From Chloroflexota bacterium (GTDB lineage: Bacteria; Chloroflexota; Anaerolineae; Anaerolineales; Anaerolineaceae), in assembly GCA_021779955.1 (NCBI GenBank), contig JAJXZS010000019.1:8476-72475 (forward strand): a DNA stretch of 64,000 bases. The letters are read 5' to 3'. Within the stretch, counting starts at the first letter, position 1. Each line of letters begins with the position of its first letter. Positions 43,669-52,740 of the stretch are shown here, in pieces. A model generated the notes under the pieces. That model ran no database searches. It saw only the letters and a list, made by a program, of their open reading frames with translations, and was not told the DNA's origin. The position numbers and the translations under genes are program-made.

Positions 43669-44882
43669 GTGACAATCCTTCTTCATTGCAGGCCCGCCAG
43701 GCTCTCCTCAACGCCCGCGATGCACTCAAGCGCGGCGACCGCATGGAGGCTCGCCACTGGTCGCTGATCGCCATTCGCTTCGATCCCACGATCGAGGAAC
43801 CCTGGCTCATCCTGGGGGGCATCTCCAGTCCGCAAGCCAGCGTAGCTTACCTTCAGCATGCGCTCAAACTGAACCCGCAATCCGAACGCGCCATTCAAGG
43901 CATGCAATGGGCGCTCAACCGGCTCGGCAACGTCCCCTCCAAAGAGGAGATGAACCGTCCGAACAAGGTTCTGAGCGATACCCAACCGAATCTGGCGATC
44001 AAAGAAGCTGCAACACAGCCGGTAGGTGTGGTGAAACCTGAGAAGCCCACAGCAGCCCCGGTCGAAAGCACCGCACCCAGCTTTGTTGATCAATTCAGGC
44101 AGCCGCAACCAGTCCCGCACCCGTCTGCTGCCGAAGCGAGACCCGGTGCGCAAGTTCAGGCGAAACCTGAAGTAAAAACCAAAGCAAAACCGGCCAAAAA
44201 GAAACCTCAAAAGGCAGCGAAAAAAACCAGGCACAGCACCTGGCCCGCAGTCCTACTGATCACATTCTTCCTTGCCATCGGCGGAGCAATCGCCTGGGCA
44301 GCTGTGCCGCAGTTGAACGCGCTCGCACGCAGTTCATCAGCGCCGTTACCTCTCGACGTGCTTGCCAAGCCATCGCTCACCCCGACGGCTACTTCAACAC
44401 CCACGCCGACTCCCACCCCGACCCCGACACTGACGCCCACTCCAACAGCAACTGAAACCCCTCTTCCTACTGAAACTGAGATGGCGGTGCTCCTGCCAAC
44501 AGAAGAACCTCCTCCCGAGCTCGATGCTTCCGGTCATTGGATAGATGTCGACCTCAGCAGCCAGATGCTCTACGCATACGATGGCGAAACACTGGTCAAA
44601 TCTTTTCTCGTCTCCACGGGCACAGCAGCCCATCCCACGGTTACCGGTCAATACCACATCTACGTCAAATACCGATACACCCTGATGACCGGCCCCGGAT
44701 ACTACCTTCCCGATGTTCCGTATACCATGTACTTCTATGAAGGATACGGCATCCACGGCACGTACTGGCACAACAACTTTGGCCATCCCATGAGCCACGG
44801 CTGCGTGAACATGCGCACTTCAGAAGCCGAATGGGTATACGGCTGGGCACCCGTGGGAACCCTGGTCAACATTCACTATTGA
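43665..44882 (+). CDS. TPR plus L,D-transpeptidase (YkuD) protein with PT linker
   Basis: ATG overlaps the amidase stop (ATGA). TM. PT repeat encoded at about 44371-44470. Catalytic HGTYWHNNFGHPMSHGCVNM. Confidence 0.85.
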   Translation: MSDNPSSLQARQALLNARDALKRGDRMEARHWSLIAIRFDPTIEEPWLILGGISSPQASVAYLQHALKLNPQSERAIQGMQWALNRLGNVPSKEEMNRPNKVLSDTQPNLAIKEAATQPVGVVKPEKPTAAPVESTAPSFVDQFRQPQPVPHPSAAEARPGAQVQAKPEVKTKAKPAKKKPQKAAKKTRHSTWPAVLLITFFLAIGGAIAWAAVPQLNALARSSSAPLPLDVLAKPSLTPTATSTPTPTPTPTPTLTPTPTATETPLPTETEMAVLLPTEEPPPELDASGHWIDVDLSSQMLYAYDGETLVKSFLVSTGTAAHPTVTGQYHIYVKYRYTLMTGPGYYLPDVPYTMYFYEGYGIHGTYWHNNFGHPMSHGCVNMRTSEAEWVYGWAPVGTLVNIHY

Positions 44883-44889
44883 GAACGCC

Positions 44890-45939
44890 ATGTATACCAC
44901 CCAGGACATTCACTTTCTGAATCGCCGCGAATTCTTGAAACTGAGCAGCGCTGCAGTCCTTGGCTTGTTTGCACTGAACATTCTCGATCTCGACCCTGCC
45001 CTGGGTCAACCCCTGGCCACCCCAAAAATGGGCCGGATTGTATCCAACCTCGTCGATGCTTACGATACTCCATCACTCGATGGCAAGGTACTCAAGACTT
45101 TTTGGAAAGACCTCGTCCTGCCCATCACCGAAGTAGCCATTGGCACAGGGAAACCGGACCACAACCACATCTGGTATGAGATGAACCACGAGGGCTACGT
45201 GCACTCGGGCTCGGTACAACCTGTAAATATCGCTGCAAATCCCATTGCCGATTCCATTCCGGAGACCGGCGTACTCGGCGAGATCACCGTGCCCTTTACG
45301 GATGCCTGCTGGAGAACGGTTTATCCGAAGAAGATCGCCTACAGGCTCTATTACGAGACCACTCATTGGGTCACACGGTCATTCAAAGACGATCAGGGCA
45401 ATCCCTGGTATGAGATCCTGGAAGACTTCTACCAGTACAAATTCTACGTCAACGCCACTCACATGCGCATTGTCGGCAAGGATGAAGTCACGCCCCTTTC
45501 GCCAGACGTGCCCGCAAATCAAAAGCACATCGAGGTGCGCCTTAAAGACCAGGTCGTCGTTGCCTACGAATACGGCAATCCTGTTCAAATGATGCGCTGC
45601 GCTGCGGGCCTGGAAACCTGGGATGGCTACTTTACCCCAGAAGGCACTTTTTTTACGGATTACAAACGGCCCTCGCGCCACATGATCAACGGCTCTCACG
45701 CCGCAGCAAATACGTTCGACTTGCCAGGCGTTCCCTGGGTGAGCTTCATCGATGAAAATGGTATCTCTTTCCACGGGACGTACTGGCACAACGATTTCGG
45801 CCGCCCGCGGAGCCATGGCTGCATCAATCTTCCATCGAGCGCTGCAAAATGGGTCTACCGCTGGACGACGCCTGCAGTGCCTTTCGAGGAACAAAAGATC
45901 TTCAAGCGCGAAGGAACGCGGGTGGAAATCAGCGCTTGA
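44890..45939 (+). CDS. L,D-transpeptidase (YkuD) with Tat-type signal
   Basis: NRREFLKLSSAAVLG twin-arginine signal. Catalytic HGTYWHNDFGRPRSHGCINL. Confidence 0.85.
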   Translation: MYTTQDIHFLNRREFLKLSSAAVLGLFALNILDLDPALGQPLATPKMGRIVSNLVDAYDTPSLDGKVLKTFWKDLVLPITEVAIGTGKPDHNHIWYEMNHEGYVHSGSVQPVNIAANPIADSIPETGVLGEITVPFTDACWRTVYPKKIAYRLYYETTHWVTRSFKDDQGNPWYEILEDFYQYKFYVNATHMRIVGKDEVTPLSPDVPANQKHIEVRLKDQVVVAYEYGNPVQMMRCAAGLETWDGYFTPEGTFFTDYKRPSRHMINGSHAAANTFDLPGVPWVSFIDENGISFHGTYWHNDFGRPRSHGCINLPSSAAKWVYRWTTPAVPFEEQKIFKREGTRVEISA

Positions 45940-45974
45940 AAGTATGACTGTCATTGTCAGAGTTCCGTAAGAGT

Positions 45975-46004
45975 TTGAACAACCCCTGGTTACTCGCGTA
46001 TAAT
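45975..46004 (+). promoter_or_regulatory. sigma70-like promoter
   Basis: TTGAAC, 18-nt spacer, TATAAT. Confidence 0.55.
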
Positions 46005-46022
46005 TAATGTTGGAGAATGATT

Positions 46023-46463
46023 ATGAGCCAACATGCTTTATTCAAAGGCGTAATTGTTGACGAGAATAACCAACCGGTCGAGACGACATATGTCGGCGGC
46101 GAGCCCATGTACGTGGTCAACGATGCCGGGTTTTTACACCACATTCCTTCCCGCGATGTTGACTTGCAGGTGTTGCGAGAATTGGGTTCACAAATCAAAG
46201 GCAATGAAGAGTTGATCGCCGATCAGGCATCCAAGATGATGGGACAGGAAGATCTCTTCACCCATGCCATCATCGAGAATCAGCTTAAGAACATCGACAA
46301 ACAGTACGAAACCTTACTCGAGACAGGCATCCCGGAGGATACGATCGCTTACCTGGGGATGATGGGATTGCGAGTGGTCATCAACATACATGGCGACGTA
46401 ATTCGAATCGATCAGCCTGCCGCCGCATCTGGTGATGAGGGCGATCAGGGCGGCGATGAGTAA
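46023..46463 (+). CDS. acidic hypothetical protein
   Basis: ATG at 46023 is 7 nt after GGAG (the ORF track starts at 46017). No family recognised. Confidence 0.5.
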   Translation: MSQHALFKGVIVDENNQPVETTYVGGEPMYVVNDAGFLHHIPSRDVDLQVLRELGSQIKGNEELIADQASKMMGQEDLFTHAIIENQLKNIDKQYETLLETGIPEDTIAYLGMMGLRVVINIHGDVIRIDQPAAASGDEGDQGGDE

Positions 46464-46508
46464 CGCCGGCCTTGCTCTCCACCGTGAAGATGTACAAACT
46501 GGAGAAAA

Positions 46509-47345
46509 ATGCGATCCGACTACATTATTAATGTTTCAGAAACCGACTTTGACTTCGAGGTAGTTGCATACTCTCAAAACACGCCCGTGATCGTTGAATT
46601 TTGGGCGGATTGGTGCAGACCGTGCAAATTGTTGAGCCCTCTCCTTGATCAGATTGTCGCGGGAGCGAAAGGGACTTTCCGCCTTGCCCGGGTGGACGTG
46701 GACGCCAATCCTGCGCTTGCAGTACGCTGCGGAATCGCCAGCCTTCCAACGGTCCAGGCATACAGCCAGGGCAATATGGTATCGAATTTTGTAGGACTGC
46801 AGCCTGAGGAACGTGTGCGCGAGTTCTTCGAAAAGGTGTCGCCTCCCAGCCCTGCCAATCTGCAGGTGGAAAAAGGCAACAGCCTGCTGGCTTATGGCTC
46901 GGTCGATTCAGCTGAAAAGGCTTTCCGTGAAGCGCTCGTTATCGACCCCGTGCACCCCGGTGCTTCCCTGGGATTGATGAAGATAGCTCTCACACGCGGT
47001 AATGCACAACAAGCCAACCAACTCTTCCGCAGTTTCCCGCCGAGCCGCGACTATGCCGAAGCTGAGAAGCTTCAGCCTCTGATCAAAGCCATGCTCGACT
47101 TTGGCAGCAAGTCGCTTCCCGATGAGAATGACCTCGATACTGCCTTCAGCAACAGCATCCGCCTGGCCATTCGCGGTAACGTGCTGGCGAGTATCGACGG
47201 GATGATGGATATCCTCAGGGTCGATTCGCATTACCGCAAGGATAAGGCCCGCCTGACCGTTCTAGCTCTCCTCGAGTTAATGGATCCACAGGGCGATCAA
47301 ACCCTGGCCTACCGTAAAGAGTTGACCTCAATCCTTTTCAAATAG
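46509..47345 (+). CDS. thioredoxin-domain plus TPR-like co-chaperone (YbbN/CnoX-like)
   Basis: WADWCRPCKLL thioredoxin motif followed by a helical-repeat C-terminal region. Confidence 0.8.
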   Translation: MRSDYIINVSETDFDFEVVAYSQNTPVIVEFWADWCRPCKLLSPLLDQIVAGAKGTFRLARVDVDANPALAVRCGIASLPTVQAYSQGNMVSNFVGLQPEERVREFFEKVSPPSPANLQVEKGNSLLAYGSVDSAEKAFREALVIDPVHPGASLGLMKIALTRGNAQQANQLFRSFPPSRDYAEAEKLQPLIKAMLDFGSKSLPDENDLDTAFSNSIRLAIRGNVLASIDGMMDILRVDSHYRKDKARLTVLALLELMDPQGDQTLAYRKELTSILFK

Positions 47346-47371
47346 CAGATCTTCTTACGCCTTAACAAACG

Positions 47372-47410
47372 AGAGCGGCATGCGAAATGCATGCCGCTCT
47401 TCTCTTATTC
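47372..47410. terminator. bidirectional terminator
   Basis: AGAGCGGCATGC / GCATGCCGCTCT 12-bp stem with a T-rich flank. Confidence 0.7.
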
Positions 47411-47423
47411 ATAAGCTGATGTT

Positions 47424-48356
47424 TTATTTGACCAGGGTGATCCAGCCCCAGGTTGTTGGGTCTGCCAATACACGGTTGGGATCCGTGGAAATCATGGTTT
47501 GCTGGAGATTTTCTGTTTTGTTATCGTTGTCATTCACCGAAGCTGCAAATCCGAGGACCATATCTGCGGTAGGCGTGACCCCGAGAACAGACCAGGGGAT
47601 GGCTGCTTCAGCGCGATACAGCGTGCCGTCGAATTGATAGGCGATCTTGACGTTGGTCTTGTCGCCTTCCTTGGAAGTTGGGAACCACAGGTAAGCTTCA
47701 GGCTTCAGGCCTTCTGTGTTTCCTCCGGAAATACCCAACTGATAATCATCTGAACTCAATTGCTGGCTGTAGACATCACCGTATAGATTCGAATCTACAA
47801 GCAACTCCAGGCTGTCACCCTTGTACATGTTCTTGCCCGATGCGTTCTGGACGTAAATGTCATCATAGACCTTGAAAGCGACATACAAGTAATCTTTGTC
47901 CCAGCCGGCGATAAAAGCTGCTTCGAGATCCGCTTTTCCGCTCCAATTACTCCTGCCCCAAACCACGTAGTCCAGGCCATATTGCGTGGTTTTATCTTTC
48001 CACTCTGCCCAACTCCCATCGATCGTGGGTGCCGTGCTCAAGAACGCAGCCTTCATCAAGATCCCTGAGCGCTCAGGAGGCTTGGCTGTAGGCGTTGGAG
48101 TAGGAGGGACGATCTTTTGTGTTGGTGTGGGTACCAACGTTGTCGGTCCCACGGTCGGAAGGGCCTGCTGGGTGGCTGTTGCGATTCCAGGCGGGGTTGA
48201 CGACGGCAAATTTTGACTCAAATCGAATAAAGCCGTCAGCGTTGCGTTCGGAGTTCCGCTAGCCGGCGAAGGTGTGTTTTGACCCAGGAGTCCACAAGCC
48301 GTGGCCAGCAGGGAGATCATCACAAAAACGAACAAGACTTTCAGCGATTTAGCCAT
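47424..48356 (-). CDS. secreted lipoprotein with CBM9-like carbohydrate-binding domain and PT-rich linker
   Basis: ATG at 48356 follows AAGGAGGA. Lipobox LLATACG. DGSWAEWKD...YLYVAFKVYDD...DDNDNK resembles family 9 CBM-like domains. Confidence 0.65.
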   Translation of the reverse strand: MAKSLKVLFVFVMISLLATACGLLGQNTPSPASGTPNATLTALFDLSQNLPSSTPPGIATATQQALPTVGPTTLVPTPTQKIVPPTPTPTAKPPERSGILMKAAFLSTAPTIDGSWAEWKDKTTQYGLDYVVWGRSNWSGKADLEAAFIAGWDKDYLYVAFKVYDDIYVQNASGKNMYKGDSLELLVDSNLYGDVYSQQLSSDDYQLGISGGNTEGLKPEAYLWFPTSKEGDKTNVKIAYQFDGTLYRAEAAIPWSVLGVTPTADMVLGFAASVNDNDNKTENLQQTMISTDPNRVLADPTTWGWITLVK

Positions 48357-48439
48357 TTCTTCCTCCTTACAAATAGGGCGTGCCTTCAACAGAGATGACG
48401 AGAATCAGAAGTCTGTGCATAAAAAGGGTTGCAAGTTGT

Positions 48440-48469
48440 ATGCAAAAAGACCGTCCTTAAGACGGTCTT
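48440..48469 (-). terminator. intrinsic terminator after the GyrI-like gene
   Basis: AAGACCGTC / GACGGTCTT stem followed on the minus strand by TTTTTGCAT. Confidence 0.7.
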
Positions 48470-48544
48470 TAAGATTAGATTGTTCCAATAGTCTTAAACG
48501 AATTTTCGCTGACCCATCAACAAAAATACGTTTGCAGCATCTTT

Positions 48545-49009
48545 CTATTTCTTCTTGACAGGAATCTCCATGCGCGTCAACAATTCGCTTTCAGGCACTT
48601 CCATAGGCGAATTGTAGTAGAACTCGTAGTACACACCGACAGGTTCATACTGGTTATCGGCAATCCATTTGTAAATTTCGTTGTAGGCCTCTTCCATCCC
48701 CGTATACGGACCCTTGTACAGGCATGAAACGGTCGGCCCCGCCGGCAAGCTGCCTTCGATGATTTCGCCCTTGCCAGGCATCCGCTTCGATATCGGAAAC
48801 CCGAATTCAACGTCGAGATCCTTCATATCGAGGCTGTAATAGGCAGTGTACGGCTCTTGACCCGGCTGCTCACCCAGTTCTGCCATATAGTTGGCGATCT
48901 TCATGTAGCTTTCACCGATCAGCCTGGGAAGCTCTTCGACAGTGGCTTTGCAGCGAATCGCCAAAGTGGGTTGAGCATCCCGTTCCTTCAATTCGATCTT
49001 TTCATTCAT
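48545..49009 (-). CDS. stand-alone GyrI-like (SbmC/BmrR effector-binding fold) protein
   Basis: 154 aa. Duplicated beta-alpha-beta-beta pattern with FGFPI...GPY...Y.EFY, as in GyrI-like domains. Confidence 0.7.
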   Translation of the reverse strand: MNEKIELKERDAQPTLAIRCKATVEELPRLIGESYMKIANYMAELGEQPGQEPYTAYYSLDMKDLDVEFGFPISKRMPGKGEIIEGSLPAGPTVSCLYKGPYTGMEEAYNEIYKWIADNQYEPVGVYYEFYYNSPMEVPESELLTRMEIPVKKK

Positions 49010-49084
49010 CTTTCATCTCCCTGGATTTAGTTTGTCGAGATATTCATTTGGCTTGAGGTTTCCCCGTCAAGACATTCCATCAAT

Positions 49085-49113
49085 AGCATAGCATTAACAG
49101 AACATTTGTTCAA
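49085..49113 (-). promoter_or_regulatory. promoter of the GyrI-like gene overlapped by a Cheo-type LexA box
   Basis: The minus strand reads TTGAAC, 17-nt spacer, TATGCT. The palindrome GAACATTTGTTC (49100-49111) matches GAAC-N4-GTTC and covers the -35 and spacer. Confidence 0.5.
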
Positions 49114-49130
49114 GTACCAATTTCTCCGGA

Positions 49131-49169
49131 AATAAAAATCCCCTCGAACGATCAGCCGCTCAGAGGGGA
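49131..49169 (-). terminator. intrinsic terminator after the hydrolase gene
   Basis: TCCCCTC / GAGGGGA stem followed on the minus strand by TTTTTATT. Confidence 0.6.
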
Positions 49170-49199
49170 TATGATTTTGGCAATTCGCAGGCTTTTTGA

Positions 49200-50273
49200 C
49201 TACTGCAGCAGGCTTGATTCAAAGAAGCTGCCGATTTGATCCATCAATCCTGAATCCAGTTCGCTGGTTTTCCATTTATCCAGGCCTGCATACCAGGCGG
49301 CTCGAACATCTTGCGGAATATTGCCTCCAAAGCTGTCAGATATCGCTTTGCATTCCTGGTTCTTCGCTGCGCTGTACTCGAGCGCTTCTCTCGACCGAAG
49401 CAGGCTTGAGTGGCCGTCCTGACCTGCTTCGCTGCGGGTGACATACACCCCATTCGGATTGGTGATCGCATCCTTTTGTGCCATAATGCTCGCTCCATTG
49501 TACAGGATCAGGTCATCGGCTGTGCCGTGGATGATCATTACAGGCGTGCCGCTCGAGTTGATGCCATCCACTGCGGCGATGCCGGCGTCGTTGCCAAAAA
49601 GAAGCCTTTGATACAGCCATTCGTACGGATATGCGATCGTACCGAAGAAACCCGCCTGGCTTTTGCCTTGCTCATAGAAAAGTCCAAGCGGCGTGTTGTA
49701 TCCGGCAATGCTTGCCACCGCTGATATTTCGTGATTTTCATTCAGAATAGCGGTAACGGCATAGCCACCCCAACTGTGCCCGTAGAGCATCAGCGGGAGT
49801 GATCTTAATGACTCATTGTTCTTGACATAGTTCAAAGCAGCTCTCAGATCCAAGAGGGATTGGGACAAACCAACAGTGCTGGCGCCTTCGCTGGTATAGC
49901 TTCCGGTATTGTCGTAGGCGAACACCCGCCAGCCATGATCGACGAAATAAACGATCTCCGCCAGATACCTTTCGGCACCACTCCCCGACCCGTGGGAGAT
50001 GACTACCAGGCCTTTATCGTTCTGTTCACCGAATATGTACCCGGTCAGTTTGTTCATCCCCGATTCGAATTGCACCGTTGTGTATGGATAATTCGTCATA
50101 TCGTCGAACGTGAGAAAGCCCGAAAACTGAGGTCTGTCATATTGAGGGAAATTCGAGTCATACAGCGTTTTTACCAGGAACAACGACACGGCCGAAAACA
50201 AGGCCACGAACCCCAGCAGCGCAATGATGACAATTACCCATGTTTTGGTTTTTCTTGATGAACGTTCTGCCAC
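49200..50273 (-). CDS. alpha/beta hydrolase with N-terminal membrane anchor
   Basis: GHSWGG nucleophile elbow. N-terminal TM VIVIIALLGFVALFSAVSLFLV. Confidence 0.75.
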   Translation of the reverse strand: MAERSSRKTKTWVIVIIALLGFVALFSAVSLFLVKTLYDSNFPQYDRPQFSGFLTFDDMTNYPYTTVQFESGMNKLTGYIFGEQNDKGLVVISHGSGSGAERYLAEIVYFVDHGWRVFAYDNTGSYTSEGASTVGLSQSLLDLRAALNYVKNNESLRSLPLMLYGHSWGGYAVTAILNENHEISAVASIAGYNTPLGLFYEQGKSQAGFFGTIAYPYEWLYQRLLFGNDAGIAAVDGINSSGTPVMIIHGTADDLILYNGASIMAQKDAITNPNGVYVTRSEAGQDGHSSLLRSREALEYSAAKNQECKAISDSFGGNIPQDVRAAWYAGLDKWKTSELDSGLMDQIGSFFESSLLQ

Positions 50274-50414
50274 AGTGAGATAACTCCTATTTCAATGGAT
50301 TGTTTTGCATTAAGGCTTACGTAAAGAATGGTGGATTCGTTTCTTGTACTTCAGCGAGGCCAAGAGCGACATTCTATCATGTGAAAGACATTGATTTGCG
50401 GCAATAGCCAGCAC

Positions 50415-51902
50415 TTACTTGTTCTTCTGGAAAATCACTTCGGGATATGGGCTGGACAAAGACGCGAGTAGCGCCGGCGCTCCACCTCGGAGTTCTTTAT
50501 CGAAGAACGCGACAGAGTACGCATTCACGATGTTAAAACCGGTTTGAGGATTGATCGGACCCGTCTCGCCGAGCGACTTCATTAGAGGTGACCAGTAGGG
50601 TATATCCGTGAAATTCACGTGGAACATTCCCTTGATCTCAACGTAGTAACCGTCTCCCGGCAATCTTTCATAAACCGAGTGCATCGTGTCGATGGTCTCC
50701 TGGATCGAATTTCCTGTAAAAGTGCCATTGGTAGCATGCTCGAGTTCGAAAGTGGCAAGGTCCCGTGTAAGGAACATGGTGGGCTGCCGAAGCCCACGGT
50801 TGACCACATCTGCAGGGAGATTCACGTCCATGATAATGCAGGCCTTGACTCTTGGGTCAGTCAGCGCAAATTCAGCCGCATCCATGCCGCCCAACGAGAT
50901 GCCAAAGGTGCCCACTCTCGCGAAATCCATTTTGCCCGTCAGAATGCGGTTGGGGTCGCTGCCATTGATAATGGCGAGCTGGTCCAGCGCAAAGCTGGCA
51001 TCCTGTGCGAAATAAGGCACAATACCATCTGGGAGCGGAATTCCGTTGAGAATTGGCGCGGGCGATTGGGGATTGGCGCTCTGATCGATCTGAGGCTGAA
51101 GTTGCTCTCTTGAATAACCGTAAATCTGTTGGCCGTTTGGAAAACGGATCAATGGGGCAATTCCAGGTTGATCCAGCCCCACAACGATGTAGCCTTGCGA
51201 AACCAACTCCTGGATCTGGAACGTGCTGACCGAACTGAAGCCATCGACGCCGGTGAGGTAGATCAGAACAGGATAGCTGGACTGGTTGCTCGAAATCGGC
51301 GCGCCTTCGACTGCGTTTGTAGTCACGTACTTGAGCTGATCGAATAGAAACGGGGGCATGTTCAGCAATTTGGAAATCGCAGCGGTAACATTACTCGCGT
51401 CTGGAATATACGGTGCACGTGGTGCCGAGGGCTCATCGACTGCCGGATACCAGACCTGAGCCATCAGTTGCCTCTTGTCATTGGGATCAAGCGTGAAAAG
51501 TTCCGGCCGGCTTGAGTCCGTCCAATAGTAGGTTAATTCACCGATCGCATATGAGCCGGTCGGTTTTGGGAACTTGAAAACGGGGAGAATTAGCGGAAGC
51601 ACCATCGAAATCACCATTACCAGTATAGCTGCTCCTGTTGAAGCGATTTTCCCGGCTCGTCCTAAGCGCAACTTTGCCTTGACGACCGACCTGATCAGCC
51701 AAACGACCAGGAAAATGCCTGCCAGCGTATACGCCGGGATCATCTCCCATCGCCAGCCTTCAACCACGATCTGTACAATGGCCATGAGCCCTGCAAAGGG
51801 TCCGGTCAGATTGACCCACCTGTTTGCGCGCAGCCTGGGGATGGCCAGCCCCAGAAGCGCCAGCAAGTTTGCCACCGATAATACTATTTCAAACAATCTC
51901 AT
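50415..51902 (-). CDS. membrane-anchored alpha/beta hydrolase (PAF-acetylhydrolase/lipase-like)
   Basis: Four N-terminal TM helices followed by a hydrolase domain with GISLGG. ATG at 51902 chosen; the ORF track runs to 51971. Confidence 0.65.
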   Translation of the reverse strand: MRLFEIVLSVANLLALLGLAIPRLRANRWVNLTGPFAGLMAIVQIVVEGWRWEMIPAYTLAGIFLVVWLIRSVVKAKLRLGRAGKIASTGAAILVMVISMVLPLILPVFKFPKPTGSYAIGELTYYWTDSSRPELFTLDPNDKRQLMAQVWYPAVDEPSAPRAPYIPDASNVTAAISKLLNMPPFLFDQLKYVTTNAVEGAPISSNQSSYPVLIYLTGVDGFSSVSTFQIQELVSQGYIVVGLDQPGIAPLIRFPNGQQIYGYSREQLQPQIDQSANPQSPAPILNGIPLPDGIVPYFAQDASFALDQLAIINGSDPNRILTGKMDFARVGTFGISLGGMDAAEFALTDPRVKACIIMDVNLPADVVNRGLRQPTMFLTRDLATFELEHATNGTFTGNSIQETIDTMHSVYERLPGDGYYVEIKGMFHVNFTDIPYWSPLMKSLGETGPINPQTGFNIVNAYSVAFFDKELRGGAPALLASLSSPYPEVIFQKNK

Positions 51903-51912
51903 TTTTTGGTCT

Positions 51913-52065
51913 TTATCCTTTCTTTCCTGTGATCCTGATGGTGAGCCACCATCCCAGGCCGATGATCCCAACGAATCCCATGAGAATGACCCAGATCCCT
52001 ATGATTGCGTCAGCCATATAGACAATCGATGCGATCAGTATGAGGTAAAGCGATGCAATGAGCAC
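51913..52065 (-). CDS. small 2-TM ORF in the same frame as, and directly after, the XRE gene
   Basis: GTG at 52065 (or ATG at 52017). Reads VLIASLYLILIASIVYMADAIIGIWVILMGFVGIIGLGWWLTIRITGKKG. Separated from the XRE ORF only by TGA plus 8 sense codons. Confidence 0.35.
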   Translation of the reverse strand: MLIASLYLILIASIVYMADAIIGIWVILMGFVGIIGLGWWLTIRITGKKG

Positions 52066-52089
52066 CCACTTTGGCAGTCTTTTTGAGAT

Positions 52090-52431
52090 TCAGATACCCA
52101 GCGTGACCAAAACCAGGGCTCCCATTAAGTAAGCAATAAATCCCTTATTCGTCAGGTTTGGCGGAAACTTGCTTCCGCCCAAAAAAGTAACCATGATTCC
52201 CAGCACAACCAGGACGTATCCCCAGACACTTATGGGGCTTCTTGACTCGCGTATTAGTTTGCTTTCCAGTGTCTGATCTCCTCTCACCAGTTCGTCCAAA
52301 GTAATATTAAAAAGGTCGCTCAGATGGATCAGCGTCTCAAGGTCTGGATAGCCCTGCCCCGTTTCCCATTTGGACACAGCCTGCCGGCTGACATACAACT
52401 GATTGGCAAGCGCCTCTTGAGATAAGCCCAA
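52090..52431 (-). CDS. XRE-family HTH protein with C-terminal TM segments (possibly disrupted)
   Basis: LSQEALANQLYVSRQAVSKWETGQGYPDLETLIHLSDLFNITLDELV is an HTH_3 domain. HTH homology continues 12 codons upstream (TKFAERIKQERTR) with no ATG/GTG/TTG before a TAA. Confidence 0.6.
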   Translation of the reverse strand: MGLSQEALANQLYVSRQAVSKWETGQGYPDLETLIHLSDLFNITLDELVRGDQTLESKLIRESRSPISVWGYVLVVLGIMVTFLGGSKFPPNLTNKGFIAYLMGALVLVTLGI

Positions 52432-52740
52432 TCGGGTTCGTTCTTGTTTTATCCGCTCGGCGAATTTCGTTTATGACTTCCTTTCTCTTCTTGCTCCCAA
52501 TTTAATAATACAAAGCCAAAAAGATGTAAAGAACTAAACTGTTGCATTCTGTCAACTCTTGGTTGCAGTGTCGATGGTCAAGTCTGGGGTGTGAATACGA
52601 TTTTGAAAAAATTCCCCTCTGGATCCACATTTGACGATAAACAAGGCGGCCTGTTGGTAACCCCGGATTGTGGCACGGTGTAAACGGTTTTTACGGGATA
52701 TTCATGTCAATTACGAGCAGGCGTAACAATCTGCCTGACT

